A stretch of DNA of 34,123 nucleotides from a virus (lineage: Duplodnaviria > Heunggongvirae > Uroviricota > Caudoviricetes). The position numbers and the translations under genes are program-made. The stretch lies in IMG/VR virus record IMGVR_UViG_2541047783_000004; one strand, written 5' to 3'. The notes below the pieces were generated by a model. The model searched no databases. It worked only from the letters and a program-made list of their open reading frames with translations, and was not told where the DNA came from. Below are positions 25,887 to 34,123 of this stretch, in pieces (the first letter of the stretch is position 1; each line of letters opens with the position of its first letter).

Positions 25887-27077
25887 ATGAGTGACTATCA
25901 TCACGGCGTGCAGGTGCTGGAGATTAACGACGGCACCCGCGTCATTTCCACCGTATCCACTGCCATTGTCGGCATGGTCTGCACGGCCAGCGATGCGGAT
26001 GCGGAAACCTTCCCCCTCAATAAACCTGTGCTGATTACCAATGTGCAGAGCGCAATTGCAAAGGCCGGTAAAAAAGGCACGCTGGCGGCATCGTTGCAGG
26101 CCATCGCTGACCAGTCAAAACCGGTCACCGTTGTCGTGCGCGTGGAAGACGGCACCGGTGATGACGAGGAAACGAAACTCGCGCAGACCGTTTCCAATAT
26201 CATCGGCACCACTGACGAAAACGGTCAGTACACCGGACTGAAAGCCCTGCTGGCGGCGGAGTCGGTAACCGGTGTTAAGCCGCGTATTCTCGGTGTGCCG
26301 GGGCTGGATACCAAAGAGGTTGCCGTCGCACTGGCATCAGTCTGTCAGAAGCTGCGCGCTTTCGGATATATCAGCGCATGGGGCTGTAAAACCATTTCCG
26401 AGGTGAAAGCCTACCGCCAGAATTTCAGCCAGCGTGAGCTGATGGTCATCTGGCCGGATTTCCTCGCATGGGATACGGTTGCCAGTACCACCACCACCGC
26501 GTATGCCACCGCCCGTGCGCTGGGTCTGCGTGCCAGAATTGACCAGGAGCAGGGCTGGCATAAAACGCTGTCCAATGTCGGGGTGAACGGTGTTACCGGC
26601 ATCAGCGCCTCTGTATTCTGGGATTTGCAGGAGTCCGGCACCGATGCTGACCTGCTTAACGAGTCAGGCGTCACTACGCTGATTCGCCGTGACGGTTTCC
26701 GATTCTGGGGTAACCGTACCTGCTCGGATGACCCGCTGTTCCTCTTTGAAAACTACACCCGCACCGCGCAGGTGCTGGCCGACACGATGGCTGAAGCGCA
26801 CATGTGGGCGGTGGACAAGCCTATCACCGCAACGCTGATTCGCGACATCGTTGACGGCATTAATGCCAAATTCCGTGAGCTGAAAACAAACGGCTATATC
26901 GTGGATGCGACCTGCTGGTTCAGCGAAGAATCCAACGATGCGGAAACCCTCAAGGCCGGAAAACTGTATATCGACTACGACTATACACCGGTGCCTCCTC
27001 TTGAAAACCTGACCCTGCGCCAGCGTATTACCGATAAATACCTGGCAAATCTGGTCACCTCGGTTAACAGCAATTAA
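25887..27077 (+). CDS. FI: Tail sheath protein FI, 396 aa
   Basis: Translation MSDYHHGVQVLEINDGTRVISTVSTAIVGMVCTASDADAETFPLNKPVLI... matches P2 gpFI; GGAG Shine-Dalgarno upstream. Confidence 0.93.
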   Translation: MSDYHHGVQVLEINDGTRVISTVSTAIVGMVCTASDADAETFPLNKPVLITNVQSAIAKAGKKGTLAASLQAIADQSKPVTVVVRVEDGTGDDEETKLAQTVSNIIGTTDENGQYTGLKALLAAESVTGVKPRILGVPGLDTKEVAVALASVCQKLRAFGYISAWGCKTISEVKAYRQNFSQRELMVIWPDFLAWDTVASTTTTAYATARALGLRARIDQEQGWHKTLSNVGVNGVTGISASVFWDLQESGTDADLLNESGVTTLIRRDGFRFWGNRTCSDDPLFLFENYTRTAQVLADTMAEAHMWAVDKPITATLIRDIVDGINAKFRELKTNGYIVDATCWFSEESNDAETLKAGKLYIDYDYTPVPPLENLTLRQRITDKYLANLVTSVNSN

Positions 27078-27089
27078 GGAGCCTGACCG

Positions 27090-27608
27090 ATGGCAATGCC
27101 GCGCAAACTCAAGTTAATGAACGTCTTTCTGAACGGCTACAGCTATCAGGGCGTCGCGAAGTCCGTCACGCTACCAAAACTGACCCGTAAGCTCGAAAAC
27201 TATCGCGGTGCGGGGATGAACGGCAGCGCACCGGTAGACCTCGGCCTTGATGACGATGCGCTGTCAATGGAGTGGTCGCTCGGTGGCTTCCCGGATTCGG
27301 TTATCTGGGAGCTTTACGCCGCAACCGGTGTGGATGCCGTCCCGATTCGTTTTGCAGGCTCTTACCAGCGCGACGATACCGGCGAAACGGTGGCCGTCGA
27401 GGTGGTCATGCGTGGACGTCAGAAAGAAATCGACACCGGCGAGGGCAAACAGGGAGAAGACACCGAGTCGAAAATCTCCGTGGTCTGCACCTATTTCCGG
27501 CTGACGATGGACGGTAAGGAGCTGGTCGAAATCGACACCATCAACATGATTGAGAAGGTGAACGGCGTCGACCGGCTGGAGCAACACCGCCGCAATATCG
27601 GCCTGTGA
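27090..27608 (+). CDS. FII: Tail tube protein FII, 172 aa
   Basis: Translation MAMPRKLKLMNVFLNGYSYQGVAKSVTLPKLTRKLENYRGAGMNG... matches P2 gpFII; AAGGAG Shine-Dalgarno upstream. Confidence 0.93.
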   Translation: MAMPRKLKLMNVFLNGYSYQGVAKSVTLPKLTRKLENYRGAGMNGSAPVDLGLDDDALSMEWSLGGFPDSVIWELYAATGVDAVPIRFAGSYQRDDTGETVAVEVVMRGRQKEIDTGEGKQGEDTESKISVVCTYFRLTMDGKELVEIDTINMIEKVNGVDRLEQHRRNIGL

Positions 27609-27664
27609 TTTTCATCCGGTCAGCCTGGCTGACCGGTTAACCCCGATTCAGAAGTGAGAAAACC

Positions 27665-27940
27665 ATGAACAAAGAAAATGTGATTACCCTGGACAATCCG
27701 GTCAAGCGTGGTGAGCAGGTTATCGAACAGGTCACGCTGATGAAACCTAATGCCGGGACGCTGCGCGGTGTCAGTCTGGCTGCGGTCGCAAACTCCGAAG
27801 TCGATGCACTGATTAAGGTGCTGCCGCGCATGACGGCACCGATGCTGACCGAGCAGGAGGTCGCCGCGCTGGAACTGCCTGACCTTGTGGCGCTGGCCGG
27901 TAAGGTGGTCGGTTTTTTGTCTCCGAACTCGGTGCAGTGA
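27665..27940 (+). CDS. E: Tail assembly chaperone E, 91 aa
   Basis: Translation MNKENVITLDNPVKRGEQVIEQVTLMKPNAGTLRGVSLAAVANSEVDALIKVLPRMTAPMLTEQEVAALELPDLVALAGKVVGFLSPNSVQ matches P2 gpE. Confidence 0.9.
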   Translation: MNKENVITLDNPVKRGEQVIEQVTLMKPNAGTLRGVSLAAVANSEVDALIKVLPRMTAPMLTEQEVAALELPDLVALAGKVVGFLSPNSVQ

Positions 27941-28092
27941 CGTTTCCGAAAAATCTGTCGGTCGATGACCTGATGGCAGATGTGGCAGTGATATTTCACT
28001 GGCCGCCATCAGAACTGTATCCCATGAGCCTGACCGAACTCATCACATGGCGCGAAAAGGCGCTCCGGCGAAGCGGAAACACGAATGAGTAA
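27665..28092 (+). CDS. E': E+E' programmed -1 frameshift product (tail assembly chaperone long form)
   Basis: Slippery heptamer T_TTT_TTG at 27913..27919 near the end of E; the -1 frame continues open (...VSELGAVTFPKNLSVDDLMADVAVIFHWPPSELYPMSLTELITWREKALRRSGNTNE) to TAA at 28090..28092, overlapping the T start. Confidence 0.75.
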
Positions 28093-30532
28093 CAATGTAA
28101 AATTACAGGTATTGCTCAGGGCTGTTGACCAGGCATCCCACCCGTTTAAATCCATCCGCACAGCGAGCAAATCGCTGTCGGGGGATATCCGGGAAACACA
28201 AAAATCACTGCGCGAGCTGAACGGTCAGGCATCCCGTATTGAGGGATTTCGCAAGACCAGTGCACAGCTCGCCGTGACTGGTCATGCACTTGAAAAGGCA
28301 CGGCAGGAGGCCGAAGCCCTTGCCACACAGTTTAAAAACACCGAACGTCCGACACGTGCTCAGGCGAAGGTGCTGGAATCCGCGAAGCGTGCGGCAGAGG
28401 ACTTACAGGCGAAATATAACCGCCTGACGGATTCCGTTAAACGCCAGCAGCGGGAACTGGCCGTTGTGGGAATTAATACCCGCAATCTTGCACATGATGA
28501 GCAGGGACTGAAAAACCGTATCAGTGAAACCACCGCCCAGCTTAACCGGCAGCGTGACGCGCTGGCGCGTGTCAGTGCACAACAGGCAAAACTTAACGCA
28601 GTCAAACAGCGTTATCAGGCCGGAAAGGAACTGGCCGGAAATATGGTCTCAGTTGGCGCTGCCGGTGTGGGGATTGCGGCGGCGGGAACGATGGCCGGTG
28701 TTAAGCTGTTGATGCCCGGTTATGAGTTTGCGCAGAAAAACTCAGAATTGCAGGCCGTGCTAGGTGTGGCAAAAGACTCCGCCGAAATGGCCGCGCTCCG
28801 CAAGCAGGCGCGCCAGCTCGGCGATAATACCGCCGCCTCGGCGGATGATGCAGCCGGTGCGCAGATTATCATTGCGAAAGCCGGCGGGAATGTTGATGCC
28901 ATTCAGGCGGCAACGCCGGTCACGCTGAATATGGCGCTGGCGAACCGTCGCACGATGGAAGAAAACGCCGCCCTGTTGATGGGGATGAAATCCGCCTTTC
29001 AGCTTTCAAACGATAAGGTCGCTCATATCGGGGATGTTCTCTCCATGACGATGAACAAAACCGCCGCCGATTTTGACGGCATGAGCGATGCGCTGACCTA
29101 TGCCGCACCTGTGGCAAAAAATGCCGGTGTCAGCATTGAAGAAACCGCCGCAATGGTCGGGGCGCTGCATGATGCAAAAATTACCGGTTCAATGGCGGGG
29201 ACGGGAAGCCGTGCCGTGTTAAGCCGCCTGCAGGCACCGACGGGAAAAGCATGGGATGCACTGAAAGAGCTTGGTGTGAAAACCTCAGACAGCAAGGGAA
29301 ACACCCGACCAATATTTACCATTCTGAAAGAAATGCAGGCCAGTTTTGAGAAAAACCGGCTCGGTACTGCCCAGCAGGCTGAATACATGAAAACCATTTT
29401 CGGGGAGGAGGCCAGCTCAGCCGCCGCCGTGCTGATGACTGCCGCCTCAACCGGAAAGCTGGACAAACTGACCGCTGCGTTTAAAGCCTCAGACGGGAAG
29501 ACCGCCGAGCTGGTAAATATCATGCAGGACAACCTCGGCGGTGACTTTAAGGAGTTTCAGTCCGCTTATGAGGCGGTGGGGACAGACCTGTTTGACCAGC
29601 AGGAAGGCGCACTGCGTAAACTCACTCAGACGGCCACAAAGTATGTGTTAAAACTCGACGGCTGGATCCAGAAAAACAAATCACTGGCGTCAACCATCGG
29701 CCTCATTGTCGGTGGCGCGCTGGCGCTTATTGGCATCATCGGTGCCATTGGTCTTGTAGCATGGCCGGTTATCACCGGCATCAATGCCATTATCGCGGCA
29801 GCAGGCGCAATGGGGGCAATCTTCATGACGGTTGGCAGTGCTGTTATGACGGCCATCGGGGCGATTAGCTGGCCGGTTGTGGCCGTGGTGGCCGCCATTG
29901 TCGCCGGGGCGTTGCTTATCCGTAAATACTGGGAGCCTGTCAGCGCATTCTTTGGCGGTGTGGTGGAAGGGCTGAAAGCGGCATTTGCGCCGGTGGGGGA
30001 GCTGTTCACGCCACTGAAACCGGTGTTTGACTGGCTGGGCGAAAAGTTACAGGCCGCGTGGCAGTGGTTTAAAAACCTGATTGCCCCGGTCAAAGCCACA
30101 CAGGACACCCTGAACCGTTGCCGTGACACGGGCGTCATGTTCGGGCAGGCACTGGCTGACGCGCTGATGCTGCCGCTTAATGCGTTCAACAAACTGCGCA
30201 GCGGTATTGACTGGGTACTGGAAAAGCTCGGGGTCATCAACAAAGAGTCAGACACACTTGACCAGACCGCCGCCAGAACTCATGCCGCCACGTATGGCAC
30301 CGGTGGTTATATTCCGGCGACCAGCTCTTATGCAGGCTATCAGGCTTATCAGCCGGTCACGGCACCGGCTGGCCGCTCTTATGTGGACCAGAGTAAAAAC
30401 GAATATCACATCAGCCTGACGAGTGGTACTGCGCCGGGGACACAGCTTGACCGCCAGTTACAGGATGCGCTCGAAAAATACGAGCGGGATAAACGTGCGC
30501 GCGCCCGTGCCAGCATGATGCATGACGGTTAA
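28085..30532 (+). CDS. T: Tail tape measure protein T, 815 aa
   Basis: Translation MSNNVKLQVLLRAVDQASHPFKSIRTASKSLSGDIRETQKSLREL...; long helical protein with a hydrophobic Gly/Ala-rich central region; matches P2 gpT in size and position. Confidence 0.93.
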   Translation: MSNNVKLQVLLRAVDQASHPFKSIRTASKSLSGDIRETQKSLRELNGQASRIEGFRKTSAQLAVTGHALEKARQEAEALATQFKNTERPTRAQAKVLESAKRAAEDLQAKYNRLTDSVKRQQRELAVVGINTRNLAHDEQGLKNRISETTAQLNRQRDALARVSAQQAKLNAVKQRYQAGKELAGNMVSVGAAGVGIAAAGTMAGVKLLMPGYEFAQKNSELQAVLGVAKDSAEMAALRKQARQLGDNTAASADDAAGAQIIIAKAGGNVDAIQAATPVTLNMALANRRTMEENAALLMGMKSAFQLSNDKVAHIGDVLSMTMNKTAADFDGMSDALTYAAPVAKNAGVSIEETAAMVGALHDAKITGSMAGTGSRAVLSRLQAPTGKAWDALKELGVKTSDSKGNTRPIFTILKEMQASFEKNRLGTAQQAEYMKTIFGEEASSAAAVLMTAASTGKLDKLTAAFKASDGKTAELVNIMQDNLGGDFKEFQSAYEAVGTDLFDQQEGALRKLTQTATKYVLKLDGWIQKNKSLASTIGLIVGGALALIGIIGAIGLVAWPVITGINAIIAAAGAMGAIFMTVGSAVMTAIGAISWPVVAVVAAIVAGALLIRKYWEPVSAFFGGVVEGLKAAFAPVGELFTPLKPVFDWLGEKLQAAWQWFKNLIAPVKATQDTLNRCRDTGVMFGQALADALMLPLNAFNKLRSGIDWVLEKLGVINKESDTLDQTAARTHAATYGTGGYIPATSSYAGYQAYQPVTAPAGRSYVDQSKNEYHISLTSGTAPGTQLDRQLQDALEKYERDKRARARASMMHDG

Positions 30533-30546
30533 GGAGGTGACGAAAA

Positions 30547-31026
30547 ATGATGCTCGCGTTAGGTATGTTTGTTTTTATGCGCCAGACGCTGCCACACCAG
30601 ACCATGCAGCGTGAATCAGATTATCGCTGGCCGTCAAATTCCCGTGTCGGCAAACGGGATGCCTTTCAGTTTCTCGGTGTGGGTGAGGAAAACATTACGC
30701 TTGCCGGTGTGCTTTATCCCGAACTGACCGGCGGAAAGCTGACGATGACCACGCTCAGACTGATGGCAGAGGAAGGCCGGGCGTGGCCGTTGCTGGATGG
30801 CACCGGAATGATTTACGGCATGTATGTCATCAGCAGGGTGAGTGAAACAGGGTGTATTTTCTTTGCAGACGGCACACCCCGAAAAATTGATTTTACGCTG
30901 TCGCTCACCCGCGTTGATGAATCACTGGCCGCGCTTTATGGCGATATCGGTAAACAGGCGGAATCGCTCATCGGTAAGGCCGGCAGTATGGCGACCAGAT
31001 TCACGGGTATGACGGGGGCGGGATAA
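30547..31026 (+). CDS. U: Tail protein U, 159 aa
   Basis: Translation MMLALGMFVFMRQTLPHQTMQRESDYRWPSNSRVGKRDAFQFLGVGEENITLAG... matches P2 gpU. Confidence 0.92.
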   Translation: MMLALGMFVFMRQTLPHQTMQRESDYRWPSNSRVGKRDAFQFLGVGEENITLAGVLYPELTGGKLTMTTLRLMAEEGRAWPLLDGTGMIYGMYVISRVSETGCIFFADGTPRKIDFTLSLTRVDESLAALYGDIGKQAESLIGKAGSMATRFTGMTGAG

Positions 31027-32189
31027 TGCTGGATGCGCTGACATTTGATGCAGGCAGTACGCTGACACCGGATTACATGCTGATGCTCGACAGCAGGGAT
31101 ATTACCGGCAATATCAGCGACCGTCTGATGAGCATGACCCTGACGGATAACCGGGGCTTTGAGGCTGACCAGCTTGATATTGAACTGAACGATGCCGACG
31201 GGCAGGTCGGACTGCCGGTTCGTGGCGCTGTCCTGACGGTGTATATCGGCTGGAAAGGTTTTGCCCTGGTATGCAAAGGGAAATTCACCGTTGATGAGGT
31301 TGAACACCGGGGCGCGCCGGATGTGGTCACCATCCGCGCCCGGAGTGCAGATTTCCGCGGGACGCTCAATTCCCGCCGTGAAGGTTCCTGGCATGACACC
31401 ACGCTCGGTGCGATTGTTGAGGCGATAGCCTCCCGTAACAGGCTGGAAGCCAGTGTCGCTCCGTCACTGGCCGGAATTAAAATCCCGCACATCGACCAGT
31501 CGCAGGAGTCTGATGCGAAATTCCTGACCCGTCTTGCAGAACGCAACGGCGGTGAGGTGTCGGTAAAAATGGGAAAACTGTTGTTTCTCAAAGCGGGGCA
31601 GGGGGTGACGGCCAGCGGTAAAAAAATCCCGCAGGTCACCATCACCCGCAGCGACGGCGACCGTCATCATTTTGCGATTGCTGACCGTGGAGCCTATACC
31701 GGCGTTACGGCAAAGTGGTTACACACCAAAGACCCGAAGCCACAAAAGCAGAAGGTAAAACTGAAACGCAAAAAGAAAGAAAAACACCTGCGCGCACTGG
31801 AGCACCCGAAAGCAAAACCGGTCACGCAGAAGAAAGCGCCAAAAGTACCGGAAGCGCGCGAAGGTGAATACATGGCCGGTGAGGCTGACAACGTTTTTGC
31901 ACTGACCACGGTATATGCCACGAAAGCACAGGCCATGCGCGCCGCTCAGGCGAAGTGGGATAAACTGCAACGGGGTGTAGCGGAGTTCTCCATCAGTCTG
32001 GCTACTGGTCGGGCAGATATTTACACGGAAACGCCGGTCAAAGTGTCAGGCTTTAAGCGCGTCATAGACGAGCAGGACTGGACAATCACTAAGGTGACAC
32101 ATTTTCTGAATAATAGCGGCTTCACGACGTCCTTGGAGCTTGAGGTCAGGCTTTCTGATGTGGAGTACGAAACCGAAGATGATGAGTGA
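31026..32189 (+). CDS. D: Tail protein D (late control gene D), 387 aa
   Basis: Translation MLDALTFDAGSTLTPDYMLMLDSRDITGNISDRLMSMTLTDNRGFEADQLDIELNDADG... matches P2 gpD; TAATG overlap with U. Confidence 0.92.
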   Translation: MLDALTFDAGSTLTPDYMLMLDSRDITGNISDRLMSMTLTDNRGFEADQLDIELNDADGQVGLPVRGAVLTVYIGWKGFALVCKGKFTVDEVEHRGAPDVVTIRARSADFRGTLNSRREGSWHDTTLGAIVEAIASRNRLEASVAPSLAGIKIPHIDQSQESDAKFLTRLAERNGGEVSVKMGKLLFLKAGQGVTASGKKIPQVTITRSDGDRHHFAIADRGAYTGVTAKWLHTKDPKPQKQKVKLKRKKKEKHLRALEHPKAKPVTQKKAPKVPEAREGEYMAGEADNVFALTTVYATKAQAMRAAQAKWDKLQRGVAEFSISLATGRADIYTETPVKVSGFKRVIDEQDWTITKVTHFLNNSGFTTSLELEVRLSDVEYETEDDE

Positions 32190-32270
32190 TGTTTTTGTTT
32201 TATCTGTTTGTTTTATAAGAATAAATTAACTAAAATGGCACCATCAACAAAACCGGAAGAGGTGCTCGCG

Positions 32271-32489
32271 ATGTTTCATTGTCCTTTATGCCAGCATGCC
32301 GCACATGCGCGTACAAGTCGCTATATCACTGACACGACAAAAGAGCGTTATCACCAGTGCCAGAACGTGAATTGCAGCGCCACGTTCATCACTTATGAGT
32401 CGGTACAGCGATACATCGTGAAGCCGGGAGAAGTCCACGCCGTAAGGCCGCACCCGTTGCCGTCAGGGCAGCAAATTATGTGGATGTAA
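32271..32489 (+). CDS. ogr: Ogr, zinc-finger activator of late transcription, 72 aa
   Basis: Internal ATG at 32271; translation MFHCPLCQHAAHARTSRYITDTTKERYHQCQNVNCSATFITYESVQRYIVKPGEVHAVRPHPLPSGQQIMWM matches P2 Ogr, with four Cys in CPLC...CQNVNC. Confidence 0.93.
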   Translation: MFHCPLCQHAAHARTSRYITDTTKERYHQCQNVNCSATFITYESVQRYIVKPGEVHAVRPHPLPSGQQIMWM

Positions 32490-32501
32490 TTACAAACAGA
32501 A

Positions 32502-32527
32502 AGCCCCTCAGTCGAGGGGCTTTTTTG
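32502..32527 (+). terminator. Rho-independent terminator after ogr
   Basis: GCCCCTC-AGTC-GAGGGGC hairpin followed by TTTTTT. Confidence 0.75.
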
Positions 32528-32590
32528 TCGATGTGGTCAATGTGTGGACGTGACCAGAAATAAATCCTTTTATTTCATTGTATTACGCGT

Positions 32591-32617
32591 AAAAAATAAG
32601 CCCGTGTAAGGGAGATT
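32591..32617. repeat. attR core, 27-bp direct repeat; doubles as the 3' terminator segment of cyaR
   Basis: Identical to 1790..1816; the minus-strand reading gives AATCTCCCTTACACGGGCTTATTTTTT, a hairpin plus U-tract. Confidence 0.85.
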
Positions 32618-32677
32618 ACACAGGCTAAGGAGGTGGTTCCTGGTACAGCTAGCATTTTATGGGTTATGTTTTTCAGC
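32591..32677 (-). ncRNA. cyaR: CyaR (RyeE) Hfq-dependent small RNA, about 87 nt
   Basis: Minus-strand sequence GCTGAAAAACATAACCCATAAAATGCTAGCTGTACCAGGAACCACCTCCTTAGCCTGTGTAATCTCCCTTACACGGGCTTATTTTTT matches E. coli CyaR as I recall it, including the anti-Shine-Dalgarno seed CACCUCCUUA and terminator hairpin; sits next to yegQ as in E. coli K-12. Confidence 0.8.
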
Positions 32678-32761
32678 GAAACGGATGATAACCTTAATAA
32701 ATGCAGCTGTATGTGATCGGTTTCTAAGAATTTTCCATCCGGGAAAAATAATCGAAATTAA

Positions 32762-34123
32762 TCACTTACCGTGGGGGTTACGCGTGGTTTCCCCGGAGAA
32801 ATTACGCATCAGGAGCGCGTAATTTAGCTCAAGATCCTGCGGGACCGGGAGCCACACAGTATAACCATCGCCTGGTGCGACCGGCATAGCTTCACCTTTG
32901 GCGTTTTCCATGTGCTCAAGGGTAAAGTTAATGTTGCCTTGCGGCGTCATCAGCTCAAGGCTGTCACCAACGGAGAATTTATTTTTCACCGCTACCGCCG
33001 CGAGGTCGCCCTTGCGCTCACCGGTAAACTCACCAACAAACTGCTGGCGGTCAGAAACTGAATAACCGTATTCGTAGTTCTGATAATCGTCGTGAGTATG
33101 ACGACGCAGGAAACCTTCGGTATAGCCACGATGCGCCAGACCTTCCAGAGTTTCCAGCAGGCTGGTATCGAATGGTTTTCCCGCAGCTGCGTCATCGATA
33201 GCTTTACGGTAAACCTGCGCGGTGCGTGCGCAATAGTAGAAAGATTTGGTACGGCCTTCGATTTTCAGCGAATGCACTCCCATTTTGGTCAGGCGTTCTA
33301 CATGGGCGATGGCGCGCAGATCTTTCGAGTTCATGATGTAAGTGCCGTGCTCATCTTCAAACGCGGTCATATACTCGCCCGGACGCTGGGCCTCTTCGAT
33401 CATAAACACTTTGTCGGTTGGTGCGCCGATACCCAGCGTCGGCTCAACATTTTGCACCGGAATCGGCTCGTACTTGTGTACGATGTTGCCAACGTCATCT
33501 TCTTTCCCTTCCTGGACGTTGTATTCCCAGCGGCAGGCGTTGGTGCAGGTGCCCTGGTTCGGGTCGCGCTTGTTGATATAGCCAGAGAGCAGGCAGCGAC
33601 CGGAGTAGGCCATGCACAGCGCGCCGTGAACGAAGATCTCTACCTCCATATCCGGCACCTGATTGCGGATCTCTTCAATCTCTTCCAGCGACAGCTCGCG
33701 AGAGAGGATCACGCGGGTCAGGCCCATTTGCTGCCAGAATTTCACCGTCGCCCAGTTCACGGCGTTAGCCTGTACCGAGAGATGGATCGGCATTTCAGGG
33801 AAGTGCTCACGCACCAGCATAATCAGCCCTGGATCGGACATAATCAGCGCATCCGGCCCCATTTCCACCACCGGTTTCAGGTCACGGATAAAGGTTTTCA
33901 GCTTGGCGTTGTGCGGTGCAATGTTGACCACGACATAAAACTTTTTCCCCAGCGCGTGGGCTTCATTGATGCCGAGCTGGAGATTTTCGTGGTTAAATTC
34001 GTTGTTGCGCACACGCAGGGAGTAACGCGGCTGGCCCGCATAAACAGCATCTGCGCCATAAGCGAAAGCGTAACGCATATTTTTCAGCGTTCCCGCCGGG
34101 GAAAGGAGTTCCGGTTTAAACAT
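32762..34123 (-). CDS. yegQ: Peptidase U32-family protein YegQ (TrhP, tRNA hydroxylation), 453 aa, complete
   Basis: Translation MFKPELLSPAGTLKNMRYAFAYGADAVYAGQPRYSLRVRNNEFNHENL... matches E. coli YegQ; start codon is the complement of 34121..34123. Confidence 0.9.
   Translation of the reverse strand: MFKPELLSPAGTLKNMRYAFAYGADAVYAGQPRYSLRVRNNEFNHENLQLGINEAHALGKKFYVVVNIAPHNAKLKTFIRDLKPVVEMGPDALIMSDPGLIMLVREHFPEMPIHLSVQANAVNWATVKFWQQMGLTRVILSRELSLEEIEEIRNQVPDMEVEIFVHGALCMAYSGRCLLSGYINKRDPNQGTCTNACRWEYNVQEGKEDDVGNIVHKYEPIPVQNVEPTLGIGAPTDKVFMIEEAQRPGEYMTAFEDEHGTYIMNSKDLRAIAHVERLTKMGVHSLKIEGRTKSFYYCARTAQVYRKAIDDAAAGKPFDTSLLETLEGLAHRGYTEGFLRRHTHDDYQNYEYGYSVSDRQQFVGEFTGERKGDLAAVAVKNKFSVGDSLELMTPQGNINFTLEHMENAKGEAMPVAPGDGYTVWLPVPQDLELNYALLMRNFSGETTRNPHGK

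Larger units (their letters stand above)
1790..32617. mobile_element. Complete P2-like prophage, attL core to attR core, about 30.8 kb
   Basis: Flanked by identical 27-bp direct repeats; contains the full P2 gene complement in canonical order; host genes yegR and cyaR/yegQ lie immediately outside. Confidence 0.9.

Noticed and set aside
28146-30255. Minus-strand ORFs inside the tape-measure gene T (up to 209 aa)
   Set aside because: Antisense to a clearly conserved 815-aa tape-measure gene; Ala/Ser/Pro-rich translations typical of GC-rich shadows.
31073-31970. Minus-strand ORFs of 68 to 190 aa inside D
   Set aside because: Antisense to conserved gpD; shadow ORFs.
32558-32580. Palindrome GAAATAAATCCTTTTATTTC in the right-junction phage arm
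   Set aside because: Probably part of the attP arm (integrase or host-factor binding region) and not a separate element; nothing further can be concluded from sequence alone.
1-34123. Scan for CRISPR arrays, tRNA genes and insertion sequences
   Set aside because: No regularly spaced direct-repeat arrays, tRNA-like cloverleaf sequences or transposase ORFs were found; the only recombinases are the phage integrase and the tail-fibre invertase.

Overview
This window is a complete P2-like (Peduovirus-type) temperate prophage of about 30.8 kb, lying between the host genes yegS/yegR on the left and cyaR/yegQ on the right. It is bounded by a perfect 27-bp direct repeat (1790..1816 and 32591..32617); the right copy forms the 3' terminator end of the sRNA gene cyaR. 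Gene order follows P2: int, C, cox, orf78-83, B, A | accessory hotspot | cos, Q, P, O, N, M, L, X, Y, K, lysA/B/C, R, S, V, W, J, I, H, tail-fibre assembly | invertible cassette and invertase | FI, FII, E/E', T, U, D, ogr. The main find is the A-to-cos hotspot, where P2 carries tin/old: here it holds one strongly AT-rich 739-aa gene (7990..10209, minus strand) with ABC-ATPase motifs, a CxxC in the middle of a long low-complexity insert, and a C-terminal R-x3-E...H region, which I read as an RloC/PrrC-like anticodon-nuclease defence candidate, plus a convergent 31-codon micro-ORF. The second accessory locus is a Gin/Hin-type invertible tail-fibre segment with 26-bp inverted crossover sites, sitting where P2 has Z/fun. 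All identifications rest on reading the translations and on recalled P2 and E. coli sequences; no database search was run, and GC and identity figures are estimates by eye.
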